From Candidatus Udaeobacter sp. (lineage in GTDB: Bacteria > Pseudomonadota > Alphaproteobacteria > Dongiales > Dongiaceae): a DNA stretch of 64,000 bases. This document shows positions 19,812 through 31,607 of the stretch, piece after piece. Numbering within the stretch: the stretch's first letter is position 1; every line of letters starts with the position of its first letter. The stretch covers positions 3,080-67,079 of the forward strand of contig DATNJA010000240.1 in assembly GCA_035604155.1 (NCBI GenBank), read 5' to 3'. Position numbers and translations under genes: made by a program. The notes beneath the pieces were generated by a model, which worked only from the letters and a program-made list of their open reading frames with translations, made no database searches and was not told the DNA's origin.

Positions 19812-20489
19812 CTATCCTGGAACCGCGCCTGGGTCCATGTCTGCGGTCTGCCGGCGTTGGCGATAACGACGCATCTTGGCACGACTGCCGCACACCTCCA
19901 TCTCGCACCACCGACGCCGGCCATTGCGCGTGCGGTCGAGAAAGAGCCAGCCGCAATGAAGGCCGGGGCATGCCTTCAGGCGCTCCAGCCGGGGACCCGT
20001 CAGAAGCTCCGCCGCGGAACGGACGACGGGCCACAACACGCAATCGAGGGAGGAGGTGAGATCGGCCCAGGTCCAGGCGAATCCTGTCGCCGTGGGCAGG
20101 ATGGAAGCCGCGGCCATGGCTTCGGCGAGCGTGCTGTTGAGATCGCCCATGGCGAGGGCAGGGGGTGCCGCGCCGGCGATCGCCGCCGTAAAAATCCCGT
20201 GCAGGGATTCCCGCAAATGCACGGCTCGCAGCAAGCTGCCGTCCGCGGCCCGCGGACGGCGGTTCGCCAGGACGGCAAGCGTCTTGCAGGCCGTCTGGTC
20301 CATGGCGCCGGCATGCGCCGCCCAAGCCAGCAGATGATCGTAACGCTGGAGATGCTCGAGGTTGTGATCGCTGCCGCGCCCGCTGGTCGTATTGGCGAAA
20401 TTTAGGCATAGCGCGCCGCCCAGCAGATCGAGGCGGCCGGCGCGGCTCGGGTTCAGGGGCGCGTTCGAGGCAGGCAAAGGTCGGTGCAA
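19812..20489 (-). CDS. CGNR zinc-finger / ABATE-domain putative regulator
   Basis: N-terminal [15 protein letters not shown] (ABATE-type) and C-terminal [37 protein letters not shown] (CGNR zinc finger). Start uncertain (TTG 20489 or TTG 20477). Confidence 0.75.
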   Translation of the reverse strand: MHRPLPASNAPLNPSRAGRLDLLGGALCLNFANTTSGRGSDHNLEHLQRYDHLLAWAAHAGAMDQTACKTLAVLANRRPRAADGSLLRAVHLRESLHGIFTAAIAGAAPPALAMGDLNSTLAEAMAAASILPTATGFAWTWADLTSSLDCVLWPVVRSAAELLTGPRLERLKACPGLHCGWLFLDRTRNGRRRWCEMEVCGSRAKMRRYRQRRQTADMDPGAVPG

Positions 20490-20492
20490 GAG

Positions 20493-20521
20493 TTGCCTTC
20501 GTTCATTTTACCGTCTAACAT
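20493..20521 (+). promoter_or_regulatory. Candidate sigma70-type promoter for the first liv-type gene
   Basis: TTGCCT (20493-20498), 17-nt spacer, TAACAT (20516-20521). The ATG at 20529 is only 7 nt downstream, implying a leaderless or near-leaderless mRNA. Confidence 0.35.
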
Positions 20522-20528
20522 CGTTTTG

Positions 20529-21911
20529 ATGGTAACACACGAAAAAGCCGACGGCTACTGCCTCGCCTTGGGCGCCTTGCTCCTCTTGCTCATGAGCCTC
20601 GCCAGCGCGCAAACCGCCCGCGCCGACCCGACCAACCGCTTCACCGGCGCGGTCGACTACTGCACGAATTTGGTCCCCGGCTTCGACGAGCACGCCAAGG
20701 ACATCGTCACCCAAGTGCAACCGGGCGATCGCGATCACGTGGTCGGCGTTCGCCTGACCTGGACTCCCGGCGACCCGGTGCTGAAGCCCGGCGACGCCTG
20801 GGTCGAATGTTGGTTCCTGCCGCTCAACAAGACCAACGGCCAGTGGCAGGTCGACCAGGTCCGCAGCCAGCGCTGGGGCATCATGCAGCGCTACGACGTG
20901 CAGCAGTTCTTCAAGGTGCTGTGGCTGCGCACCCATGACAACGCGGTCGCGGGGCCCAAGCCGAAGCCGACGACGCTCTCCTTCCTGCTTTATCTGCTGC
21001 AGCAGGTGATCAACGGCGTGACCCTGGGCTGCCTTTATTCGCTGCTGGCCGTGGCTTTCAACCTCATCTACGGCATCGCCCGCTTCATCAATCTCGCCTT
21101 CGGTGAGCTTTACATGTTCGGCGCGTTCGCGACCTACATCGCCTATGCGCTCACATTGCATCTGGGCGGCGCCTTTGCGCTGCTGCCCATCCTAGCGACC
21201 GGCGTCTATGTCGTGGGCACGAGCGCGATCGCGGGCTGGACGGTCAACCGCCTTATCTTCCGGCGCCTCGCCGGATCGGCGACGACGGTGCCGCTCGTGG
21301 CCTCCATCGGCCTTGCCATCTTCATCAGCGACAGCGTGCGCTTGCTCCAGGGCCCGAAGACCCGCTGGATGCCGCAATATCGACAGTCGGCTTGGCGGAT
21401 CATCGACGGCCTCGGCTACGACGTCTATCTGCGCAAGGGCCATGTCATCGTCGGCCTGGCCACCCTCGCCATCGCCGGCATCCTGTGGTGGATCAACAAG
21501 CGCACCGATTTCGGCCGCAGCTATCGCGCCTGCGCCCAAGACCCGCGCATGGCAGCACTCCTCGGCGTCGATGCTCGCGGCACCATCGCCGTCAGCTTCG
21601 CCCTCAGCGGCGCACTTACCGGAGCGGCCGGCCTGTTCGAGGCACTGCAGTACAATGCGGTCGACTTCCATATGGGCTTCATCGTCGGCATCAAGTCCCT
21701 GATCGCCGCTCTCCTCGGCGGCATCGGCTCGCTCCAAGGCGCCATGCTGGGCGGCCTCCTGCTGGCGGTGATCGAGACCTATGCCGGGGTGCTGTTCGGG
21801 TTCGAATGGCGGGACATCGTGGTCTTCGGGGTCCTGGCGGCGGTGCTGCTGTTCCGGCCCGCGGGGCTGTTCGGAACGCTCCGCCTGATGCCTGCGGACG
21901 AACGCCCATAG
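20529..21911 (+). CDS. LivH/BraD-type ABC permease fused to an N-terminal signal peptide plus unrecognised ~125-aa domain
   Basis: The C-terminal ~300 aa form a HAAT-family permease (LLQQVINGVTLGCLYSLLAVAFNLIYGIARFINLAFGELYMFGAF). The N-terminus has LALGALLLLLMSLASAQTARA, a hydrophilic two-Cys domain and a GPKPKPTT linker. The frame is continuous and GC3-rich. Confidence 0.8.
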   Translation: MVTHEKADGYCLALGALLLLLMSLASAQTARADPTNRFTGAVDYCTNLVPGFDEHAKDIVTQVQPGDRDHVVGVRLTWTPGDPVLKPGDAWVECWFLPLNKTNGQWQVDQVRSQRWGIMQRYDVQQFFKVLWLRTHDNAVAGPKPKPTTLSFLLYLLQQVINGVTLGCLYSLLAVAFNLIYGIARFINLAFGELYMFGAFATYIAYALTLHLGGAFALLPILATGVYVVGTSAIAGWTVNRLIFRRLAGSATTVPLVASIGLAIFISDSVRLLQGPKTRWMPQYRQSAWRIIDGLGYDVYLRKGHVIVGLATLAIAGILWWINKRTDFGRSYRACAQDPRMAALLGVDARGTIAVSFALSGALTGAAGLFEALQYNAVDFHMGFIVGIKSLIAALLGGIGSLQGAMLGGLLLAVIETYAGVLFGFEWRDIVVFGVLAAVLLFRPAGLFGTLRLMPADERP

Positions 21912-22151
21912 GCGATGGGAATCGTGGCGGCGAGTATGGAGTAACTCTCTTGCAGGCTGGGAAATCGTCGATTAGGGTCGCGCCTAACAAGGCGGCGGCG
22001 AAGAATCGCCCGGAACAGGCGCGAGGCGGGCGGGGCTTCGGTATCCGATGCCGGGGAACACGGCAGCGCGGACGAGGGGAACGGTGCCGACTGTCAGGCC
22101 CGCGCCGCCGAGGTTTCGGCTGGCGACGGCCAGCGCAGGGGCGGGGGAGCG

Positions 22152-23066
<915 letters not shown>

Positions 23067-23070
23067 CACC

Positions 23071-24557
<1,487 letters not shown>

Positions 24558-24561
<4 letters not shown>

Positions 24562-25387
24562 GCGAGGGGCCGCTGCTTTCGGTCGAGCACCTGACTATGC
24601 GCTTCGGCGGGCTGGTCGCGGTGGACGACGTGTCCTTTTCGGCCCGCGACCGGCAGATCACCGGAGTCATCGGGCCCAACGGCGCAGGCAAGACGACCGT
24701 GTTCAACTGCCTGACCGGGTTCTACAAGCCCTCCGTCGGCAGGCTGACGCTCACCGGCCGGCGAGGCAGCTTCCTGTTGGAGCAGATGGACGGCTATCGC
24801 ATCGCGCAGCGCGCCGGCGTCGCCCGGACGTTCCAGAACATCCGCCTTTTCCCGGGCATGTCAGTGCTGGAGAACCTGATTGTCGCCCAGCACAACAAGC
24901 TGATGCGCGCCTCGGGTTACACCTTCGGCGGCCTCATCGGGCTCGCCGGCTATCGCCGGGCGGAGCGCGCGGCGGTGGAGAAGGCGCGGGAGTGGCTGGA
25001 GCGGGTACGGCTCGTACCCATGGCCGATTGGGACGCGGGCAATCTTCCCTATGGCGGCCAACGGCGGCTCGAGATCGCGCGCGCCATGTGCACCGATCCG
25101 GACCTGCTCTGTCTCGATGAGCCCGCGGCGGGACTGAACGCGCGAGAATCCGCCGAGCTCAACCAGCTGCTGCTCTCCATTCGCGACGAGCAGAAGATCG
25201 GCATCCTGCTCATCGAGCACGACATGTCGGTGGTGATGGGGATTTCCGATCACATCGTCGTGCTCGACTACGGACGCAAGATCGCCGACGGAACGCCGAC
25301 CCAGATCCGCAATGACCCGGCGGTGATCCGCGCCTATCTGGGCGAAGCCGAGGAGGACGAGAACCCGGCGGCCGAGGGGGCCAAGGC

Positions 25388-25391
<4 letters not shown>
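24558..25391 (+). CDS. livG: Branched-chain amino-acid ABC ATPase LivG/BraF
   Basis: GTG start overlaps the livM stop (GTGA). Walker [10 protein letters not shown], signature [10 protein letters not shown], Walker [11 protein letters not shown]. Confidence 0.92.
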
Positions 25392-26110
<719 letters not shown>

Positions 26111-26114
26111 GGAG

Positions 26115-26486
26115 ATGGCGATGTCTACATCCGTCCTAGCGCTCACTATCGTCATGTTCGGCGCCGGTGGCTTCCTCATGGGCCAGGTCGTCGCCGACAC
26201 CTGGCGTCCCTGGTGGAATATCCTCCCCTATGGCGCGCTGCTCGCGATCGCCAACCAGTTCCTGGGCTTCGCCCTCTTCGGCGGGCCTTTCATCGTCGAC
26301 AGCCTGGTATCGAGCGGCTCCCAGCCGATCGGGAGTGCCATCTTCGGCTATCTGGTGGATTTCGCGGTCATCGTCGCCTTCGCGCTGGTCGCTTTTCGGG
26401 TCACGCGCGTGCGTCGAATGACCACCCAGTATCCGTGGCTGTACGAGCGCGCCGGCCTCTTTGCCTGGCGGCAGAAAAATCCATGA
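26115..26486 (+). CDS. Small integral membrane protein inside the liv operon (family not recognised)
   Basis: 123-aa ORF with three predicted TM segments and GC3-rich codons. It starts 5 nt after the livF stop; ATG 26121 has better spacing to GAGGAG. Confidence 0.6.
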   Translation: MAMSTSVLALTIVMFGAGGFLMGQVVADTWRPWWNILPYGALLAIANQFLGFALFGGPFIVDSLVSSGSQPIGSAIFGYLVDFAVIVAFALVAFRVTRVRRMTTQYPWLYERAGLFAWRQKNP

Positions 26487-26530
26487 AATTCAAAGCTCTG
26501 ATGCGGATGCCTCGCCTGAAAGCCAAGCTA

Positions 26531-26558
26531 TTGTGCGCATCCGTTTGCGTGTTACAAT
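26531..26558 (+). promoter_or_regulatory. Candidate sigma70-type promoter for the binding-protein gene
   Basis: TTGTGC (26531-26536), 16-nt spacer, TACAAT (26553-26558) in an AT-richer patch. About 100-nt leader containing hairpin CGCCGTC-GTCC-GACGGCG (26606-26623). Confidence 0.4.
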
Positions 26559-26658
26559 GAGTCAATCCAGATCGAAAGGCTGACAGCCGAGATCGCATCA
26601 GGGATCGCCGTCGTCCGACGGCGTCATGTTTCAATTGAAGCCACAGGGAGTAATCCGC

Positions 26659-27786
26659 ATGCGCAAATATGCTCTACCGCTGATCGCAGCAGCGGCTTTG
26701 GCCGCTTCGATCAGCGTGCCGGCCGCCCACGCCGACAGCCTCAATGTCGCCACCGCCGGCCCGATGACGGGCGAGTACGCGGCCTTCGGCGAGCAAATGA
26801 AGCGGGGCGCCGAGAAGGCCGTCGCCGATATCAACGCCCATGGCGGCGTTATGGGCAAGAGCCTGTCGCTCAGCGTCGGCGACGACGCCTGCGATCCGAA
26901 ACAGGCCGTTGCAGTCGCCAATGACTTCGTCTCCAAGGGCATCATCTTCGTAGCCGGCCATTTCTGCTCCGGCTCGTCGATTCCCGCTTCTTCGGTCTAT
27001 CACGACCAGGGGATCCTGCAGATGACGCCGGCTTCGACCAATCCGAAGCTGACCGATGATGCCGCGACCAAGGGCTGGGACACGGTGTTCCGCACCTGCG
27101 GCCGCGACGACCAGCAGGGCACCTTCGCCGGCGGCTGGCTGGCCGACCACTTCAAGGGCAAGAACATCGCCGTCATCGACGACAAGTCGACCTACGGCAA
27201 GGGTCTCGCCGATCTGACCCGGGCGGCCATGAACAAGGCCGGCCTCAAGGAAGTTCTCGACGACGAAATCACCGCCGGCGAGAAGGACTATTCGGCCCTG
27301 GTCAGCAAGCTGAAGGCGGCTAACGTCGATGCCATCTACTTCGGCGGCTACCACCCGGAAGCGGCTTTGATCGTCAAGCAGTCCCGCGAACAGGGCTTGA
27401 ATGCCCAGCTGCTCTCGGGTGACTCGCTCAACACCCAGGAGTTCGCGACCCTCGCCGGGCCGGCCTCCGACGGTGTGATGTTCACCAATGCCGCCGAGGC
27501 CCGCAACCTGCCTTCGGCCGCGGCGGTCGTCGCCGAGTTCCGCAAGGACGGGTTCGAGCCCGAGGGCTATACCCTCTCGACCTATGCCGCGATCCAAGTC
27601 TGGGCGATGGCCGTCGCCAAGGCGGGGTCGACGGATTCCGAGAAGGTGGCCGCGGCGCTACGGTCTCAGCCCTGGGATTCGATCATCGGGAAGCTGTCCT
27701 TCGATCCGAAGGGCGACCTGACCTCATCCACCTATGTCTGGTACGTGTTCAAGGGCGGCAACTACTCCGAAGCCCCCATGAACTGA
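26659..27786 (+). CDS. Periplasmic Leu/Ile/Val-binding protein (LivJ/BraC type)
   Basis: Start at MRKYALPLIAAAALAASISVPAAHA (signal peptide; AGGGAG Shine-Dalgarno at 26645-26650). Type I periplasmic binding fold pattern (VATAGPMTGEYAAFG..., VAGHFCSGSS). Confidence 0.9.
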   Translation: MRKYALPLIAAAALAASISVPAAHADSLNVATAGPMTGEYAAFGEQMKRGAEKAVADINAHGGVMGKSLSLSVGDDACDPKQAVAVANDFVSKGIIFVAGHFCSGSSIPASSVYHDQGILQMTPASTNPKLTDDAATKGWDTVFRTCGRDDQQGTFAGGWLADHFKGKNIAVIDDKSTYGKGLADLTRAAMNKAGLKEVLDDEITAGEKDYSALVSKLKAANVDAIYFGGYHPEAALIVKQSREQGLNAQLLSGDSLNTQEFATLAGPASDGVMFTNAAEARNLPSAAAVVAEFRKDGFEPEGYTLSTYAAIQVWAMAVAKAGSTDSEKVAAALRSQPWDSIIGKLSFDPKGDLTSSTYVWYVFKGGNYSEAPMN

Positions 27787-27816
27787 TCGCTAATTCGGGT
27801 CACTGGCCCGATCTCG

Positions 27817-27856
27817 ATGGGCCCGGCACCGAGGAGGTGCCGGGCCCATTGTTTTT
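27817..27856 (+). terminator. Rho-independent terminator of the liv operon
   Basis: Perfect 14-bp stem ATGGGCCCGGCACC (27817-27830) / GGTGCCGGGCCCAT (27836-27849), loop GAGGA, then TGTTTTT. Confidence 0.75.
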
Positions 27857-28087
27857 GGCGGCCTTTCGTCTTGGCGGCGGGCCAAGGTTGAATTTATTGC
27901 AATTTCCATGGCTTGTGGTGGGTTGTTGCAATGGGGCGACATATGGTAGTTCTGTCACCATCAGAGCCTGGGAAGCCCCGATAGCGCCATGTCCGAGACC
28001 TTTGCCTTCGCCGGCGGCCGCGCCGGCAAGACCTCCTGATATCGATCCAGTTGAAGCTCCGGTCCAGATGAAGAGAGAAATCACCAC

Positions 28088-29398
28088 ATGACCATGGCCA
28101 CCACCAGATCCGGCCCGATGCCAGGATTCTTCAGCATCCCGCTCGCCGAGCGCGATCCGGAGCTCTACAGGGCGATCGGGGACGAGCTGCATCGCCAGCA
28201 GGACCAGATCGAGCTGATCGCCTCGGAGAACATCGTCTCTCGTGCGGTGCTGGAGGCACAGGGCTCGGTCCTCACCAACAAGTACGCCGAGGGCTATCCG
28301 GGCCGGCGCTATTATGGCGGTTGCGAATTCGTCGACGTCGCCGAGGCGCTCGCCATCGACCGGGCGAAGAAGCTTTTCGGCTGCAACTTCGCCAATGTGC
28401 AGCCCCATTCGGGCGCCCAGGCCAATCAGGCCGCGTTCTTCGCCCTGCTTCAGCCCGGCGACACCTTCATGGGGCTCAACCTTGCGGCGGGCGGGCATCT
28501 GACCCACGGCTCGCCCGTCAACCAGTCAGGCAAGTGGTTCAAAGTGGTGCCCTACAGCGTCCGCCCCGACAACCAGCGCATCGACATGGACGAGGTCGAG
28601 AAACTGGCCCGCGAGCACAGGCCGAAGCTGATCCTCGCCGGCGGATCCGCTTATCCTCGGTTCTGGGATTTCGAGCGCTTCCGGGCCATCGCCGATTCCG
28701 TGGGCGCCTTCTTCATGGTCGACATGGCCCATTTCGCCGGCCTGGTCGCCGGCGGTGCGCATCCGAGCCCGCTGCCCCACGCGCATGTCGTGACGACGAC
28801 GACCCACAAGACGCTGCGCGGCCCGCGCGGCGGCATGATCCTCGCGATGGACGAGGAGATCGGCAAGAAGATCAACAGTGCCGTCTTTCCGGGCCTGCAG
28901 GGCGGACCGCTCATGCATGTCATCGCGGCCAAGGCGGTTTCTTTCAGGGAAGCGCTGGCCCCTGAGTTCAAGCAATACGCCAAGAACGTGGTCGAGAATG
29001 CCAAGGCGCTGGCCGAGACGCTGGTGGCCGGCGGCTGCGCCATCACCACCGGGGGCACGGACAACCACCTGATGCTGGTGGATCTCCGGCCGAAGAAGCT
29101 GACCGGCCGGGCCTCGGAAGGCAGCCTGGAGCGCGCCGGCATCACCTGCAACAAGAACGGCATTCCCTTCGACCCGGAAAAGCCAGCGGTGACTTCGGGC
29201 GTTCGCCTGGGCTCGCCGGCGGCCACCACCCGCGGGTTCGGGGTGGCCGAGTTCCGACAGGTGGGCCAGCTCATCGTGCGCGTCCTCGACGGGCTCGCCC
29301 GCAGCAACTCGACTGACAACACGACGGTCGAGCAGGAGGTCCGTAGCGAAGTGGCGGCGATGTGCCGGAAGTTCCCGATCTACGGCTCGCTGACTTGA
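28088..29398 (+). CDS. glyA: Serine hydroxymethyltransferase
   Basis: [39 protein letters not shown] and [14 protein letters not shown] (PLP lysine). Confidence 0.95.
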   Translation: MTMATTRSGPMPGFFSIPLAERDPELYRAIGDELHRQQDQIELIASENIVSRAVLEAQGSVLTNKYAEGYPGRRYYGGCEFVDVAEALAIDRAKKLFGCNFANVQPHSGAQANQAAFFALLQPGDTFMGLNLAAGGHLTHGSPVNQSGKWFKVVPYSVRPDNQRIDMDEVEKLAREHRPKLILAGGSAYPRFWDFERFRAIADSVGAFFMVDMAHFAGLVAGGAHPSPLPHAHVVTTTTHKTLRGPRGGMILAMDEEIGKKINSAVFPGLQGGPLMHVIAAKAVSFREALAPEFKQYAKNVVENAKALAETLVAGGCAITTGGTDNHLMLVDLRPKKLTGRASEGSLERAGITCNKNGIPFDPEKPAVTSGVRLGSPAATTRGFGVAEFRQVGQLIVRVLDGLARSNSTDNTTVEQEVRSEVAAMCRKFPIYGSLT

Positions 29399-29436
29399 CG
29401 CCGTAACGGATCGGGTCCTCGGGGGAGACTTAAAGC

Positions 29437-29901
29437 ATGCGTTGTCCATTCTGCGGCAACGAAGACACCCAGGTTAAGGACTCGCGGCCGACGGACGACA
29501 ACGCCGCGATCCGCCGGCGCCGGCAATGTCCAAACTGCGGCGCCCGTTTCACCACCTTCGAGCGGGTGCAGCTGCGCGAGCTGACGGTGGTCAAGACCAA
29601 CGGCCAGCGCGAGCCCTTCGACCGCGAAAAGGTCATGCGGTCCATGCGGATTGCGCTGCGCAAACGCCCGATCGATTCCGACCGGCTCGACCGCGTGGTC
29701 AACGGCATCGTCCGGCGCCTGGAAAGCTCCGGCGAGAGCGAGATCCCGACCTCCGTCGTCGGCGAGATGGTGATGGACGCGCTTTCTGGCCTCGACAAGG
29801 TCGCCTATGTGCGCTTCGCGTCCGTCTATCGCAATTTCCGAGAAGCCAAGGACTTCGAGGAATTCGTGGGCAAGCTCGGTGGCGAGCGCGACCCTGAATG
29901 A
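29437..29901 (+). CDS. nrdR: Transcriptional repressor NrdR
   Basis: [42 protein letters not shown] zinc ribbon plus ATP-cone. Confidence 0.95.
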   Translation: MRCPFCGNEDTQVKDSRPTDDNAAIRRRRQCPNCGARFTTFERVQLRELTVVKTNGQREPFDREKVMRSMRIALRKRPIDSDRLDRVVNGIVRRLESSGESEIPTSVVGEMVMDALSGLDKVAYVRFASVYRNFREAKDFEEFVGKLGGERDPE

Positions 29902-29923
29902 TCCCGAGACCGATCTCGAGCAT

Positions 29924-31003
29924 ATGCGGGCGGCGCTCGCGCTTGCCCGGCGTGGGCTCGGCCGCGTCTGGCCCAACCCTGCCGTGGGCGCGGTCCTGGT
30001 ACGTGACGGCCGCGTGGTCGGGCGGGGCTGGACCCAGCCCGGCGGGCGCCCCCATGCGGAAACCGAGGCCCTGGCGCGGGCCGGCGAAGCCGCTGCCGGC
30101 GCCACCCTCTACGTCACGCTGGAGCCTTGCAGCCATCATGGCAAGACCCCGCCTTGCGTGGACGCGCTGCTGGCGGCCGGCATCGCCCGTGCCGTCATCG
30201 CCATCGAGGATCCGGACCCGCGGGTTTCCGGCCGCGGCATAGCCGGGCTTCGGGAGGCCGGCGTCGAAACCGTCCTCGGGGTCTCAGCCGATGAGGCGCG
30301 CGACCTAAACGCCGGCTTCCTGCTGTGCCTGGCCGAGGGCCGGCCGCTCGTGACCTTGAAGCTCGCCATGACTCTCGACGGGCGGATCGCCACGCGCACG
30401 GGCGAGAGCCGGTGGATCACCGGCGAGTCGGCGCGGGCGAGGGCGCATCTGATGCGCGCGCGCCACGATGCCGTGGTCGTGGGCAGCGGCACCGTGCTGG
30501 CCGACGATCCCTTGCTGAACGTGCGCCTCCCGGGGCTGGGCGATTGGTCGCCGCTTCGCATCGTCCTCGACGGGCGCATGCGCCTCCCGCTCACTTCGTC
30601 GCTGGTAGCAAGCGCCGGGGAGATACCGACATTGCTGGTCACGCTGGAAGGCGGCGACCGGCTGCGCCGGCGCGCCTTTGTGGATTGCGGCGTCGAAGTC
30701 ATCGAAGCACCGCCCGGGGCGGACGGGGCCCTGGATCTGAAACATGTGCTCTCGCTTCTGGCGGAGCGGGGACTCACCCGGATCCTGGCGGAAGGCGGCG
30801 CCCGGCTTGCCGCGGCGCTGCTCCGCTTGCAGCTGGTGGACCGGCTCGCCATCTTCCGCGCCCCTGGCATGATCGGGGGCGACGGCCTGCCGGCGGCCGA
30901 GGGCTTCGGGTTGGAGCATCTCGCCGAGATCGAGGCCCTGACGCCGGAAGAGACGATTGCGCTCGGTCCCGACCGCCTGGAAACTTACCGTCGGGCCGGG
31001 TAG
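29924..31003 (+). CDS. ribD: Bifunctional riboflavin biosynthesis deaminase/reductase RibD
   Basis: HMRAALALARRGLGRVWPNPAVGAVLV..HAE..TLEPCSHHGKTPPC (deaminase zinc site), then the reductase domain. Start taken at ATG 29924; a non-ATG start slightly upstream is possible. Confidence 0.9.
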   Translation: MRAALALARRGLGRVWPNPAVGAVLVRDGRVVGRGWTQPGGRPHAETEALARAGEAAAGATLYVTLEPCSHHGKTPPCVDALLAAGIARAVIAIEDPDPRVSGRGIAGLREAGVETVLGVSADEARDLNAGFLLCLAEGRPLVTLKLAMTLDGRIATRTGESRWITGESARARAHLMRARHDAVVVGSGTVLADDPLLNVRLPGLGDWSPLRIVLDGRMRLPLTSSLVASAGEIPTLLVTLEGGDRLRRRAFVDCGVEVIEAPPGADGALDLKHVLSLLAERGLTRILAEGGARLAAALLRLQLVDRLAIFRAPGMIGGDGLPAAEGFGLEHLAEIEALTPEETIALGPDRLETYRRAG

Positions 31004-31013
31004 CTTGCGGCCC

Positions 31014-31607
31014 ATGTTCACCGGCATCATCACGGACCTGGGGCGCGTGCGCAGCGTGACGTCCGGCGGCGCCACGCGGATCGTGATCGAGACCAAATAC
31101 GACGGCGCGTCCATCGCCCATGGCGCGTCCATCGCCTGCGGCGGTGTCTGCCTCTCGGTGGTGGACAAGGGGCCCGGCTGGTTCGCCGTCGAGGCCTCGG
31201 GCGAGACCCTGTCGCGCACCACCATCGGCGCCTGGCGCCCAGGCAGTCCGGTCAATCTCGAGCGCCCCCTTAAGCTCGGCGACGAACTGGGCGGTCACAT
31301 GGTCGCCGGCCATGTCGATGGGGTGGGGGAGATCGTCGAGCGCCGGCCGGACGGGGCGAGCCTTCGCTTCCGCTTCCGCGCTCCAGCCGAGCTCGCCCGC
31401 TTCATCGCCTCCAAGGGCTCGATCGCGGTCGACGGCGTTTCCCTGACGGTCAACGAGGTCGAAGGCGCGGCGTTCGGCGTCAACATCATCCCGGTGACCC
31501 AACAGGAGACCAATTTCGGCAGCCTGGCGCCTGGCGACCGGGTCAACCTGGAAATCGACCTCCTGGCGCGGTACCTTGCCCGCCTCATGGAAGCGGAACG
31601 CCGATGA
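31014..31607 (+). CDS. ribE: Riboflavin synthase alpha chain
   Basis: Starts MFTGIITDLGRV. Internal duplicated lumazine-binding repeats (GASIACGGVCLSV / GSIAVDGVSLTV). Confidence 0.92.
   Translation: MFTGIITDLGRVRSVTSGGATRIVIETKYDGASIAHGASIACGGVCLSVVDKGPGWFAVEASGETLSRTTIGAWRPGSPVNLERPLKLGDELGGHMVAGHVDGVGEIVERRPDGASLRFRFRAPAELARFIASKGSIAVDGVSLTVNEVEGAAFGVNIIPVTQQETNFGSLAPGDRVNLEIDLLARYLARLMEAERR

Noticed and set aside
21912-22151. A sigma54 (TGGCAC-N5-TTGC) promoter or attenuator in the 240-nt spacer before canonical livH; also checked upstream of livJ and near the ntr genes.
   Set aside because: The closest match (CTGGCGACGGCCAGCGCA) lacks the -12 TTGC element. Only a modest sigma70-like match (TTGCAG-N17-TAGGGT, 21950-21978) is visible. 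There is no leader peptide rich in Leu/Ile/Val.
27857-28087. A ZTP (pfl) or other known riboswitch upstream of glyA.
   Set aside because: I could not find the conserved ZTP cores (GGGUCGUGACUGGCG... and CCGCCUGGGC) or any other riboswitch core I know. Only generic hairpins are present.
27800-28507. A 235-aa minus-strand ORF covering the glyA upstream region and the glyA 5' end.
   Set aside because: It crosses the liv terminator and the AT-rich promoter patch. It has no motifs and is antisense to glyA, so it is judged spurious.
29399-31013. An FMN (RFN) riboswitch controlling the rib genes.
   Set aside because: glyA-nrdR-ribD-ribE are packed with 10-40-nt gaps, leaving no room for a ~150-nt RFN element.
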